A stretch of DNA of 64,000 nt from Takakia lepidozioides (lineage: Eukaryota > Plantae > Bryophyta): positions 52,328,001 to 52,392,000 of the forward strand of contig CM060734.1 in the NCBI GenBank assembly GCA_030704615.1, in the 5' to 3' direction. The number at the start of each line of letters is the position of its first letter. The stretch's first letter is position 1. Positions 14,071-24,542 of the stretch are shown piece after piece. The notes under the pieces are model-generated. The model was not told the origin of the DNA. It made no database searches and saw only the letters and a list, made by a program, of their open reading frames with translations. The translations under genes and the position numbers were made by a program.

Positions 14071-14447
14071 AAAGTTATCTGTAAAGGGTCCCAAACTTGG
14101 CTTGAGAACCCTGAGTTTGGCCAAAACTGGGCATGAGACTCAAAACTCAAGACGTGAGGGTACCATTAGAAAAACTCTGTACCAAACTGCAAGGACATAG
14201 GGATTTAATGGTTGTGGTGGGAATTTGGACCCGAGTTAATTTGTTCCTCGTTGAGGCGGAGGCAGTCAGAGCTTAAAAGTCAGATGAAGGCCGTTGCCCT
14301 CATCCCCAGATTTTGTTTTGGTGCCCTCTTTTTTGACTTTGTGCCCAATTTTCTGAACTTTGCGGATTTACTCAAACTTAGGATGAATGAGAAACTCGGG
14401 TCCAAATTGGGTACGTCCAAACTCAGGCTCACTTAACGGATAACTTT
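14071..14447. mobile_element. MITE with ~17-bp imperfect TIRs
   Basis: The left end aaagttatctgtaaag and the right end cttaacggataacttt are inverted repeats, with AAT on both flanks. The same right-end sequence (tcacttaacggataacttta) recurs at 35531-35550. Confidence 0.7.
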
Positions 14448-14821
14448 AATGTTCCCTGCAAATTTTGGCCTTGATTTGAGATCTTGGGCAATATGAGATA
14501 ACAGTCCTAAGTAGTCACATATCAGCTTTGGTTGGAAGCAACGCTACCCTTCTACAATGGGTAGTTGACACCAATTTCGAGCTTCTATCACAATCCATTC
14601 TAGATATTGTTGCTCTCAAGCTCCAACATTCACCTTGCCACTACATTAGCTAGAAGAAGTAGATGACTGATTTGACTCATTGAACAACTTTGTGATCAGG
14701 CTCTCTTATGCAATATATCTATCTATTTATCCTCTAGACAGTAACATGGTAGGTATGTGTTTATTTGGAAGATGGGCAGCAGTTCGGGGATACAACTCCC
14801 TTGACACGTTTCGTATAGAAT

Positions 14822-15444
14822 TTGGTGGCGAAAGTTCAAGAAGGACTTGAGAAGGCAGTGCCAAATTCTGTAATCACATTGTCAAAGGATGTATGTTGGT
14901 TGGGAGACCCCATTAGTTTCTCTAACCAATTATTCCTAAGACCATATTATCTAAAGCTTTTGGAGGCAAAGGAGGAATATGTTAGGGTCAACAAACGGTT
15001 TACTTCAGTTGTTTATACTGGGACTCAAGGGATTGGTAAGTCCCATTTTGTACGCGTTTTTGAGCAGCAAAGAACTCATTGTAGGCAAGGTAAATTTTTG
15101 GAGATTTTTGCCAGACCCAAATAAACGACAATTTTACAGGTTAGAGCTTGGGGGGGGGCTTATGTGTAGGAGCTTGCATCTTTCACACGCATCAACGTGC
15201 CTCATGAGGATGAAAATGCCATGTACTTTACCGATGATGGGTCACCAAGTCACTATTTTACAAAACATGGCTTACAGAGATACACATTTGCAAGCCCCTC
15301 AAATGCCCGTTTTAGGACCAAAAGAAGTTCAGATATATGCTATTGTTTGATGTGGAAAAGGTGGAGGCTTGTAGGGATTCAATCGAAGTTTATGTAGTTA
15401 CAAAAACAGAAATGGAGAATTTGTTTTCCGTCGCCAGAGGAGTG
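14822..15444 (+). pseudogene. Crinkler (CRN)/RHS-type NTPase-nuclease pseudogene, 5' half
   Basis: LFLRPYY..L, Walker A VYTGTQGIGKS, FTDDG, FASP, and LFSVARGV at the insertion site; frameshifted. Confidence 0.7.
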
Positions 15445-15720
15445 TGTCAAGTAAAGTTTACTAGTAGTGTGAAACTAGCCAATAAATAACTAGTTTTTAT
15501 ATATGACACTTGGGCTTGATCCAAGTGTCAACCCAGGGATCAAGATATTTGTTGGCCCCTGGGCATGGCTTATCTTCACGGCGAACGCGCGGCGAGGCTC
15601 ATCTCTCTCGAGTTGAGCCTCCCGTGTTAGCTATGGCGCGCGTAGTGCAGATTCCCCATAACTTTTGGGGTGTGCTTGGCTTGACTCGAGTGATGGTGTC
15701 TAGTTTTTATTAATCACTCA
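15445..15720 (+). repeat. Terminal repeat A1 (copy A2 at 24180-24453)
   Basis: aagtttactagtagtgtg...tgacacttgggcttgatccaagtgtca...ggcttgactcg is shared by both copies. Confidence 0.92.
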
Positions 15721-16529
15721 AGAGAGATGATGTCTAGTCTTTTTAGAGCTAGGCTAGATAGACAACGTGTTATGAGCACTTGTGTTTGTATGAAGCTTAG
15801 TGGCAGCAAAGAGATGAAAGAGATGGAAGCATAAATATGTTGTGCAAGGTGAGCTGAGAGTTAGCAGTGTATGTATTACCTGCTTTCAGCTAATCCGTAA
15901 TCTTAAAATAAAATAAAATAAAAAAATGAAATGAAAAAAATGCTTGAGAGTGGCTGGCTCGTAAAGAGTCAGGAGTTGGTCGCAGAGATGATTTCCTTGT
16001 ACAGAAATAGGTTGTTGCCTACATGCGATCTACGAGGAGCGGCAACCAAGATGCTTGGGCTTCCGACTTGAAATATTCATGAACAACAATAAAGCTCGGG
16101 AGGTGCTGGAGCAGCTGTGAAGCGTGAACTTGACGAAGAAGACGAAGTTGAGGGCAAGGATGGGATGGACCCTCTGTGTGGGGGTGTTGATGTTTTGATT
16201 TCTTGTGTTTGGATCCCCCCCAACACCTGCATGCTTGACTGTGCGCCATATTGGTTTTGTGTGGGCTCTTGCTTTCATAGGGATTAGGCCGGATTTGATC
16301 ACCGGTCAATCCTAGAGTATGTTTGTCGGTGGTGAGGCTGGAGTGATGACCAGCAAGACCACCAATGTTTCTTCTATGGTGAGACTGGGTTGATGACCAG
16401 CCAACCATATGAGTTCTTGCGGTGGATGCAGGTACAGGTGCCCTGAGCCACTGGGATATGACCCTTAAACTACAACAGGTGCCCACCCATGTCACTACTA
16501 GAATTAGTAATAGAGCCTTATAGTATCAC

Positions 16530-17867
16530 GTGGGGGAGGTGCGGGTTGTGAGTGTCATCACGGAGTTACCCAAGGGTTTTGGGGGGAGTACGGCTACAGG
16601 TAGTAGCAGTGAGAGTGGGTTCACAAGACGAGGTGTTCGGTTCAGACCACCTTCACCCTCAACTAGTGCAGAGTCTGACACAGACTCGGATGCTTCATCA
16701 ACATGTGTGCAGTTTCATTCGCCATTGTTGTGGGACGACATGGAGGAGATGTATGGAGCTACCAAGGGGCCTCGTAGGTACTCTGGAGCTGTGGGCACAA
16801 TCAAGCAGGATGACTTTATCCAGGAGTTAGATAGCTGGTGTGATTTGCAGCAGATGTGCAATCCACAGCTGTTCACCCCATTCATGTCGTGGAAGGGACT
16901 GTTCCAGCATTTGGAAGGCCCGCCTATGGACGATTACCACGAGTTCAAGCGAGGACATGAAACAAAGATTGAGGAGTGAATGATGTATTGATCACCTGAC
17001 TACGTCTCCATTACTCGAGGCACGACGCGACTAGTAGCTGCATCAGCACCAATATCTCTCACTGTCAGCACTAGTAGTGGAACAAGTAGTGCAGGTATTT
17101 CTGCAGGTGGTACAAGTTTTAAAAGTGCTACTACTTCTCTTACCACGACTACAACACATGTGCCTAGATTCAACCCGGTGGTGGAGTTCTTCCAGGAGTT
17201 GCGGAGAATCTACCAAGACGTACGGACAGAGAAGCTGCGAAGTTTGCAAGACTTCCAGCGCAAATCCAGTGAGAACTTGCAAGAGGCCTATACTCGTATG
17301 AGGCGCTTGATAAGTGTGACCCAAGGGGTTACTGATTCAGCTCAGGCAATCCAGTTCTGGTATGGAATTTTGGACAAGGAGCTCAGGAGAAGGGTGCGGG
17401 ATGCAACCCTGTTACAAGAGGCCCAACCCACATTAGCAGATGTGTTTCTGCTAGCTGAGCGGATTGAGCTCAACATGGTGGAGGAGCAAGTTATTACCAT
17501 TGGATTTGGCAAGGATATGCGTGCACGAGGCGTAGCTGTCAGCCAACAAGCACAAGGGACTGCCCAACAGCGTGGTCAGGGGGGCAAGGTTGCCCAACCC
17601 AAATTCCATGGAGCTTATAGGGGACCTCAAGTGCAGAGACCAGTAGCATCTTTTGCAGGCCAACAGCGACCAGGGGTGGTATGTTGGACATGTGGAGGAC
17701 CCCATGTCAAGAAAGATTGCCCAAAGAGTGGCAAAGGGCCGGCACAAACACAGCCTGTACAGTTGCAGTGTGGGCATTGTGGCAAGTATGGGCATGGAGA
17801 TGCCCAGTGTTATGACTTGCACCCTAAGTTGTGGCGAGGCCAGTTCCAAGGGAACAATGGTGGCTGA
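16530..17867 (+). pseudogene. gag: Retroelement gag with two zinc knuckles
   Basis: Capsid-like region FQRKSSENLQEAYTRMRRLI, then CWTCGGPHVKKDC and CGHCGKYGHGDAQC; stops near 16977-16990. Confidence 0.85.
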
Positions 17868-18565
17868 GGGCAAGGTGGAGTACCTCAGAGAGGACGAGGT
17901 GGTCAGGCACGAGGTGTAGGATGAGGGCAAGCACATTATGGCCAAGGGCGTGGAGGTCAGGGCGTTGACCAAGGCATGACCAACCGGCTTCAGCAGCTAG
18001 AGCAAAGGCTTGCTGCCATGGCCGCAGCTCAGGTGGTACCAGCTCCAAAACTTGAGGGTCCACCTCTTGTTCCTCCTCAGCAGCGTCATCCTGACGGAGG
18101 AGACATGGGAGGCAGGGGATTTATGTGTGGGGCAGCACTACCACTAGTGCAAGTGGAGTCTGTTGCAGCCATCACCCGAGGAGCAGCACGAGTTCTTGAG
18201 CCACGAGGTGCAGAGGTGGAGTTGGATCCACACCGTGGGGAGGCAAGCCGTTAGGCTAGGTTGCCTCAATCATTCATCTTGGCGGAAACAGGGTCGACGA
18301 CATCCATGGCACCTAGTTCTCGCCCGACGGATACCGAAGCAGAGGCCGTTATTATGCCATTGGGAAGAGCTACACGTGCAGCACTAACACCTGCTGCCAA
18401 GGCTAGTGCAGTCAGTGTGTTGTTGGGGGCGGCCACCTCTGTGTGTCAGGCCCCACTGTTCTCGGCAACCATGATTGCGACGCCGGGGGTAAGACCAGCT
18501 GCAGTGTTTAGACTAGCAACAACACTCTGTGAAGTGGGGAGGTCACTTCATCTTCTGCGGAGTTA

Positions 18566-19500
18566 GTGGAAAGTGTAGTGGCAGAGGGATCCTTGGATTT
18601 GAGGGTCAAGACTGCCACGGCTGCGCCATGTCAAGCTGCAGCTGTCAAGTTGATGGAGCTGCCAGCTAGGCTAGCCTTTGAGCGCGCCATGGTGACACCT
18701 GGAGTTGTCTTGTTAGACAACCAGGATGATATTTTCTCTTTAAGTGGACCGGCAGGCAAGAGGTACCGGCCACTGCGGGTCTTGTTGGACTCGGGAGCTC
18801 AGCCACTGATGTTGGGCAGAGCCGCTATTGCAGGTTTGGGCCTCATGGAGGCGGATATGGAGTCTCGTCCCTTCCAGATACAGACATCTCTGGGAGGATC
18901 AGAGCAGGCTCGGGGCATGACACGGCGTGAGTTGGCCATTAGACTACAGCCGGATCATCTTATAGATGGCTCAGTGATGCGAGCCAAGGCCACTGGGACA
19001 CACGTGGTCTCTTACGATGTCCTCGTTGGTGGGGCAGTGTTGTATCCCATGGGCTTCACCCTGGATTTTTGGGAGGAGTCAGCATCCTACAGGCCTAGAT
19101 GGCAATCAGGGGATGGTCGACATGTACAACTCCCTGTCACATTCATTGGGGATGTTGCTGCTGCCCAGCGGGGCAAGATGCCAACACTAGCAGCCTTCAC
19201 AGCTGCAGTTAGTTGGCCTGGAGAGTTGCTGGAGGGCAATGCCCATGCAGAGGATGTGCCACCTCCAGCAGAGCAGGATGACATGCATGGTACGGCGGAG
19301 TTGCCTGCCATGGTTGCTCACATTCCATTGTGGGGTACGAGCAAGGATTTGCAGCAGGCTGCTGATAGACGTCTGCAACAAACCTGGGTAGAGGCATTTG
19401 TGCCGTCAGGAGAGGAGGAGAGTGCGGTGATTGCACCAGGACCACCTCAGTTGTCGCCATTGGACACCACACCTCTTGTGTGGCAGTGCCCGGATGAAGA
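18566..19500 (+). pseudogene. Retroelement aspartic protease region
   Basis: VLLDSGAQ catalytic motif and YDVLVGG..L motif. Confidence 0.85.
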
Positions 19501-19880
19501 CATATGTCTTCTAGACTTGTTTGGCGGGATCAGCACTGGATTGGCTGTAGCGCTGCAGGCAGGTGTACGAGTTTGACGTTACCTGTATGTGGAGAGGGAT
19601 GAGACTGCATGACGCATCTCACTGTGCCATGTTGCTCAGTTGGTGCAGCAGTACCCTGATTTGTTGCCAGTGTCTGCAGTTCGTGGATATCAGCAAGCCT
19701 TGCCAGCAGACATCTCTTTGCTGGAGGCGCAGGATTTGGAGCGGCTTGGCCCTATTCACTTGGTAATGGCAGGTTGGCCTTGCCAAGGGCATTTATCAGC
19801 CAGGCATGGCAATGGGTTACAAGACTCAAGGTCACGCCTGTTTTGGGAGATGTTGAGGGTCATGCGCTATTTACAGCCAT
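19501..19880 (+). pseudogene. C5-cytosine DNA methyltransferase, N-terminal half (motifs I-V), DNMT3-like
   Basis: Motif I LDLFGG, motif II YVERD, motif III DI, catalytic motif IV AGWPCQG, then GLQDSRSRLFWEMLRV. In frame with the protease apart from two TGA stops. Confidence 0.9.
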
Positions 19881-19890
19881 TTGCGGCTAG

Positions 19891-21149
19891 CTATTTACAG
19901 CCATCCGCATCCCGATTGACTAGGCCGGGTCGATGTACCACCTGAAAGTCATATTCCTGGAGTATGAGTGCCCACCATGCAAGCTTTCCTGTAAGCTTGT
20001 CTGACTCCATCAACCACTTGAGTGGCTGGTGATCCGTGACAAGGGTGAAGAGATTGTCATATAAATAGCACCTGTAGTGTGCCACGGCCCACATTGCAAC
20101 TAAGCACTCTCCCTCATATGAACTATACTTAGCCTATGCAGTGTTGTTTGAGCGGCTAGCATAAGCCACTACAAACTCTCTTCCTTCATCATCCACATGT
20201 GTGAGCACCGCTCCAACCCCTAACATGCTCCAATCTGTATGCAACTGAAAAGGACGCCCCCTAATAGGTCGTCTCAAGATGGGCGCCGAGGTCAACCTCG
20301 CCTTGAGCTCTTGAAAAGCTTGTTCTTGCTCATCTTCCCACTGCCACTCCTGGTCCACCTTGGTCAGCTTGGTTAGAGCCTTTGCAATGGCACTAAATCC
20401 CTTGACAAACCGTCTATAATAGTTTGCCAACCCCATGAAAGCTCGAACTCGGCTCACATCCGTATGGCGTGGAATCTGTGCAATAGCCTCTACCTTAGTC
20501 TGCTGTACCCCCAATCCTCCAGGATATATCATGTGACCCAGATACTCAATCTGGTTGCGGAAAAAATTGCACTTCCCTGGATGTAACTTCAATCCGTGCG
20601 CCCTCAAGCGTTCAAATACCACCTGAAGGTGCTCCTCCACCGTAGCACTAAAGATGATGATGTCATCTCTACCCCTGCTAGAATCCTGTCCATGACTCTC
20701 TGAAACTCTGCAGGAGCGTTCTTAAGCCCAAATGGTAAGAACCGCCACTGGTATAGGCAATCCTTCCCGTGCTCATTGATCCCCCAAAATGTCGTCTTCT
20801 GCTTATGCGCCTCCTTGATCGGCAACTGATGATATCCAGATCGTAAATCCAAAGTGCTAAAGACCTTGGCATGCCTAATGGCATCAAAGATCTCCTCTGG
20901 TGTTGGCATGGCATACCTATCGGACTTGGTCTGACGATTTACAGGCCGGTAATCACCGCACATACGTCTCTCCGTCCAATTGCCATAGACATCCTTCTTG
21001 GCTGGCATCACTGTGGCTGAAGCATACTCTCCACCAAATAGCTCCACCAAACCAGCCTCCCAGAGGTCCTGAGTCCTCATCTGAATCAATGACCTCTCCA
21101 TGTTACTGTATCTATAGGGTCTCCGAAAGATTGGCGTGTCAGTGGCCAA
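19891..21149 (-). pseudogene. Reverse transcriptase + RNase H (inside the internal inversion)
   Basis: RMCGDYRPVN, FSTLDLRSGYHQ, LPFGLKNAPAEFQR, LKLHPGKC, YLGH, FMGLANYYRRF, LHTDWS, LVTDHQPL, HRPGLVNRDADG. The YxDD region is partly deleted. Confidence 0.93.
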
Positions 21150-21806
21150 TTCAACACAGATCTCTTGACCCTTCAGTGCTCATCAGTTCTTCAAACTAAA
21201 GGCAAAACAGTTCCTGTATTAGATCGCCACATAGTAATATCTATTCAGCTTTGCCTAGCATGCTGGGCTTTTGTCTCATCATCCTGTCCTGCAGTAGTAC
21301 AGCGTGTTAATTACTTTTGTGTAACGTGGTTTTTATGACTGCCTCTCAGTTCTTGAAGAACAAGTTTCAAGTTTTATACGTCGTCTCTCTCCTCCGGTGA
21401 CTATAGGTCCAATATCAGGCTCCCAATTGTCCTCCATGACTGCAACCTTGAGTCCAGCAGGCTTAGAGGTAGAAGACGCGTCCCGTGGTTGCTATGCTAC
21501 AACCTCTTGAGTAGTGACCACTACCTGCTCTGTCAGTGACAATGTCTTATCCTGCCCCATCATCTCATCCTTGAGGACCTCCTCAACCCAAGAAAAATCC
21601 CCAACTTCATCCATCATCGCCGCCTTGGCTGCCAACTCCCTCTGAACCTCGAGCATCTCCCACGTGTGCCATGGATGCAACCTGCACCTTGTGGTCCTCA
21701 CCTATTCGCCCCCACTCGCTGCATGTACCGTCTCGGTAGGCAGAGAGACCATCAAAGGAAGTGTACTTCGTACTCTACGCTGCTCAGCCATAACCAAGCG
21801 GATAAT

Positions 21807-22320
21807 TCAGGTCAAGCAATTGAGATCCATTGCTTGCCCCAACACCTGACGACGTGATGCCTCAGAAAGAGATGGCACAGCCGTGGTATCAGTGGTAAAA
21901 CCCATCGTCCGCTCGCGCTCGTCAGCATTGGGCTCCACTAATTGCTGCAACTGGCTATCCCACAAGAGGCCAGGTCCACCATCCCGGAAAGCATGAGATC
22001 CTTGAAAGCTGAGCACTGTAGGCAATGCTGCTCGTGGGTGACCCACCTTATTGACCACTGCCAAAAGTGATCGGTCATCGTGTCTCACACGCTGAGACTG
22101 CCTCCCTATTCCAAATGCTATCCCCATCAGGTTTGGTGGCCGCTGCACCCCATCAAATGCACGCTTGAGCAGTGCAGTGGCATCAAGTTGGTCCACCATA
22201 GTCGTGGGCGATGAGCCCGTGACCCACTTCCGCTGCAATCCAGCAACATTGCTGACCCAAACCAAGACCGCACTTGATGTACACTGGCCATCACCTTGGC
22301 CTAAGAATCACCCATGACAC
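21807..22320 (-). pseudogene. C5-cytosine DNA methyltransferase, C-terminal half (motifs VIII-X), inside the inversion
   Basis: AHRPRLWWTNL (motif VIII; compare DNMT3 AHRARYFWGNL), ERERTMGF (IX), RRQVLGQAM (X). Confidence 0.85.
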
Positions 22321-23730
22321 TGGAGCTCGGGCATGGTGAGACGAACGAGGAGATGGTGCCCGGATGGCATGCATCTGCATTTCTGTGTATCTTGGCAGCA
22401 GAAGGCCAGGTTGGACCTACAACAGGGACGACTGTAGACCGAGTGTCTGAGAACCCTGAGGCCAGCAATGAGCAAGGTTGCGCCAAAGATATACATGAGG
22501 ATTTAGCTTTGTGGTACTATCTCCGCACTGGAGACACTACAGCCACTGTGACTGACTGCAAGAGAGGGATCGATCCTACAACGAGCCAGAGGTTCAAGTG
22601 GGGGGCACACCTGCTCCAGTATGGGAGGATGGTCGAGTGAGGATTGTGCCTCACCCACCCCTCGGGCACGTTATTGCGGGCATGCCATGAGGATTTAGGG
22701 CATTTTGGGGCGCGACGCACTCATAGTCTACTGTGCAGGGGCAGTATTGGTGGCGTGGTAATGCACACAGAGGTGCAACAATTTGTGGCTAGGTGCACGG
22801 TGCTGATAGGGTGCGTGCTTCATTCAACTCCGACACCACAATTGCCACCCTCTTCCAATCATGGGATTGGGCTACAGGTGGAGTCTTGACTTCGCAGGGC
22901 CGTTGTCATTGATCATGCGCCACAACAAATATGTTGGTGATGGTGGAGCACTTCTCCCAGTGGATCGAGTTGGTTCCATTGCCCTGATAAGGCTAGTGAG
23001 GGAGCTGCCGTATGCATTCTTAGATTGTGTACTTAGCCGATTCGGTGCTCCAGCTGAGGTACTCACGGGGAGAGAGTTCTTGGGGGAGTTTCAGGCGTTG
23101 TGTGACAAGGCCTTGATAGACCACCGCACCACTTCTCGGGATCATCCTGAGGCCGATGGCTTGGCAGAGAGGGTGTTCAACAGTGAAGAGGGGTTTGCGC
23201 AAGTATGGCTTGCAAAGGACACCTAGGAGATTGGGACTCTTCATTACCTGGTTAGTCATGGGCTAACAAGTTAGCAAACAAGCATCACTTGCCTCTTTCT
23301 CACCATACTTTTTTCTCTTGGCCGAAGCCGGATTTGCCTGCATCCCTTCGTAGAGAAGCTACTACAGTTTTCAACCTTACGATCCGGACGTGTGGGCACG
23401 TGCATGTGATCAGCGTGCAGAGTTGTTTAAGAAAGTCATGCCCGTGGCTTTCGAGAACCTTGCCATTGCACAACATCGTGATACGTTGAGGTATGCTCCA
23501 TAACGTGGTGGGGGCTATCGTCCTGGTTCGGAGATTAACCCTGGTGCCTATGTTTATTCTGCAGCAAACTGCGCCTACGACCCTGGATAGACTGCATGAC
23601 GTACTATTTTGAGGATTCGAGAGGTATTGCCCTCAGGAGTCTTGATCTTGAAGGGTCGGGATGGCATGATTTGGAAGGACCATGTGCGTAATTGCGCGCC
23701 ATGTCACCTTCCAAATGTTGATGGGAAGGG
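22321..23730 (+). pseudogene. Gypsy integrase (HHCC, DDE core, C-terminal domain), heavily frameshifted
   Basis: CHEDLGHFG, WSLDFAGP, SRFGAPAEVLT, TTSRDHPEADGLAER, GRDG..WKDHVRNCAPCH. Confidence 0.88.
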
Positions 23731-23749
23731 GTTGACCCAACTTGGCGGG

Positions 23750-23900
23750 TACCTGCAGGTTTGCGGTGCATGTTGTGTGGGTCTACCAGAGGGCAGCCAC
23801 CATGCTGTTTGTGCGATCGATGCTCAAGAGGTTGGCACATGGGATGCTTGACGCCACCTCTTGATATGTTCCGCTGTGGGATGGGTTGGTCCACGCGGCA
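23750..23900 (+). pseudogene. PHD finger at the polyprotein C-terminus
   Basis: tgcgatcgatgctcaagaggttggcacatgggatgcttgacgccacctctt translates to CDRCSRGWHMGCLTPPL, the canonical PHD core. Confidence 0.85.
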
Positions 23901-24091
23901 TTTAATAGTGGCAATGGATACAACCATGGGAGACTAACAAGAACCACAATGTCAAGCTACTATGGACCAATATACGAGATCTCTGGCTCAAGTTCACATA
24001 TTGCAAGTGATAGAGGACTTAGTGAGGCTGTGGCTATTACCTCTTGTAGCTATCTGGAGTTAGATGGACCTAACCACTAGCTAAGGGGGCG

Positions 24092-24538
24092 ATTGTGGTA
24101 GACTGATTTGTGTGTATGTATATGTTGTGTGGTTTGGACAACGATGTAGTTGTGTAGCGAGGTGTATGCGCACACACACTGTCCGTCAAGTTTACTAGTA
24201 GTGTGAACTAGCCAATAAATAACTAGTTTTTATATATGACACTTGGGCTTGATCCAAGTGTCAAGCCAGGGGTCAAGATATTTGTTGGTCCTTGGGCGTG
24301 GCTTATCTTCACGGCGAACGCGCGGTGAGGCTCATCTCTCTCGAGTTAGTCTCCCGCGTCAGCTATGGCGCGCTTGTGGCAAATTCCCTAGCTTCTGGGG
24401 GTGTGCCTTGGCTTGACTCGTAATGCATGAGTGATGTTCTAGTGTTATTCACATTGTGGTAGACTGATTTGTGTGTGTGTATATGTTGTGTGGTTTGGAC
24501 AACGATTTATTTGTGTAACGAGGTGTATGCGTACGACA
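24092..24538 (+). repeat. 3' terminal array B1 (24092-24176) - A2 (24180-24453) - B2 (24453-24538), preceded by a purine tract (24083-24092)
   Basis: attgtggtagactgatttgtgtgt...aggtgtatgcg occurs twice, flanking A2. aagggggcga precedes B1. Confidence 0.92.
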
Positions 24539-24542
24539 AGTG

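Larger units (their letters stand above)
15445..24538 (+). mobile_element. Ty3/Gypsy-type retroelement encoding gag-PR-C5 DNA methyltransferase-RT-RNaseH-integrase-PHD, with split direct repeats and an internal inversion
   Basis: TGTC (15445) ... GACA (24538) termini. AGTG TSD at 15441-15444 and 24539-24542. Removing the element restores the host frame GV|PKTVL. Domain motifs are listed in the sub-features. Confidence 0.92.

Noticed and set aside
19891-22320. Nested second retrotransposon in antisense orientation
   Set aside because: It has no LTRs or TSD of its own, and its contents exactly complement the domains missing from the flanking element, so an inversion is the simpler explanation.
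15445-24538. Classification as a DIRS/PAT/Ngaro element because of the split repeats and methyltransferase
   Set aside because: It encodes a protease and a DDE integrase and has a TSD. The MTase is C5-cytosine type, not the adenine MTase of DIRS, and no tyrosine recombinase was seen.
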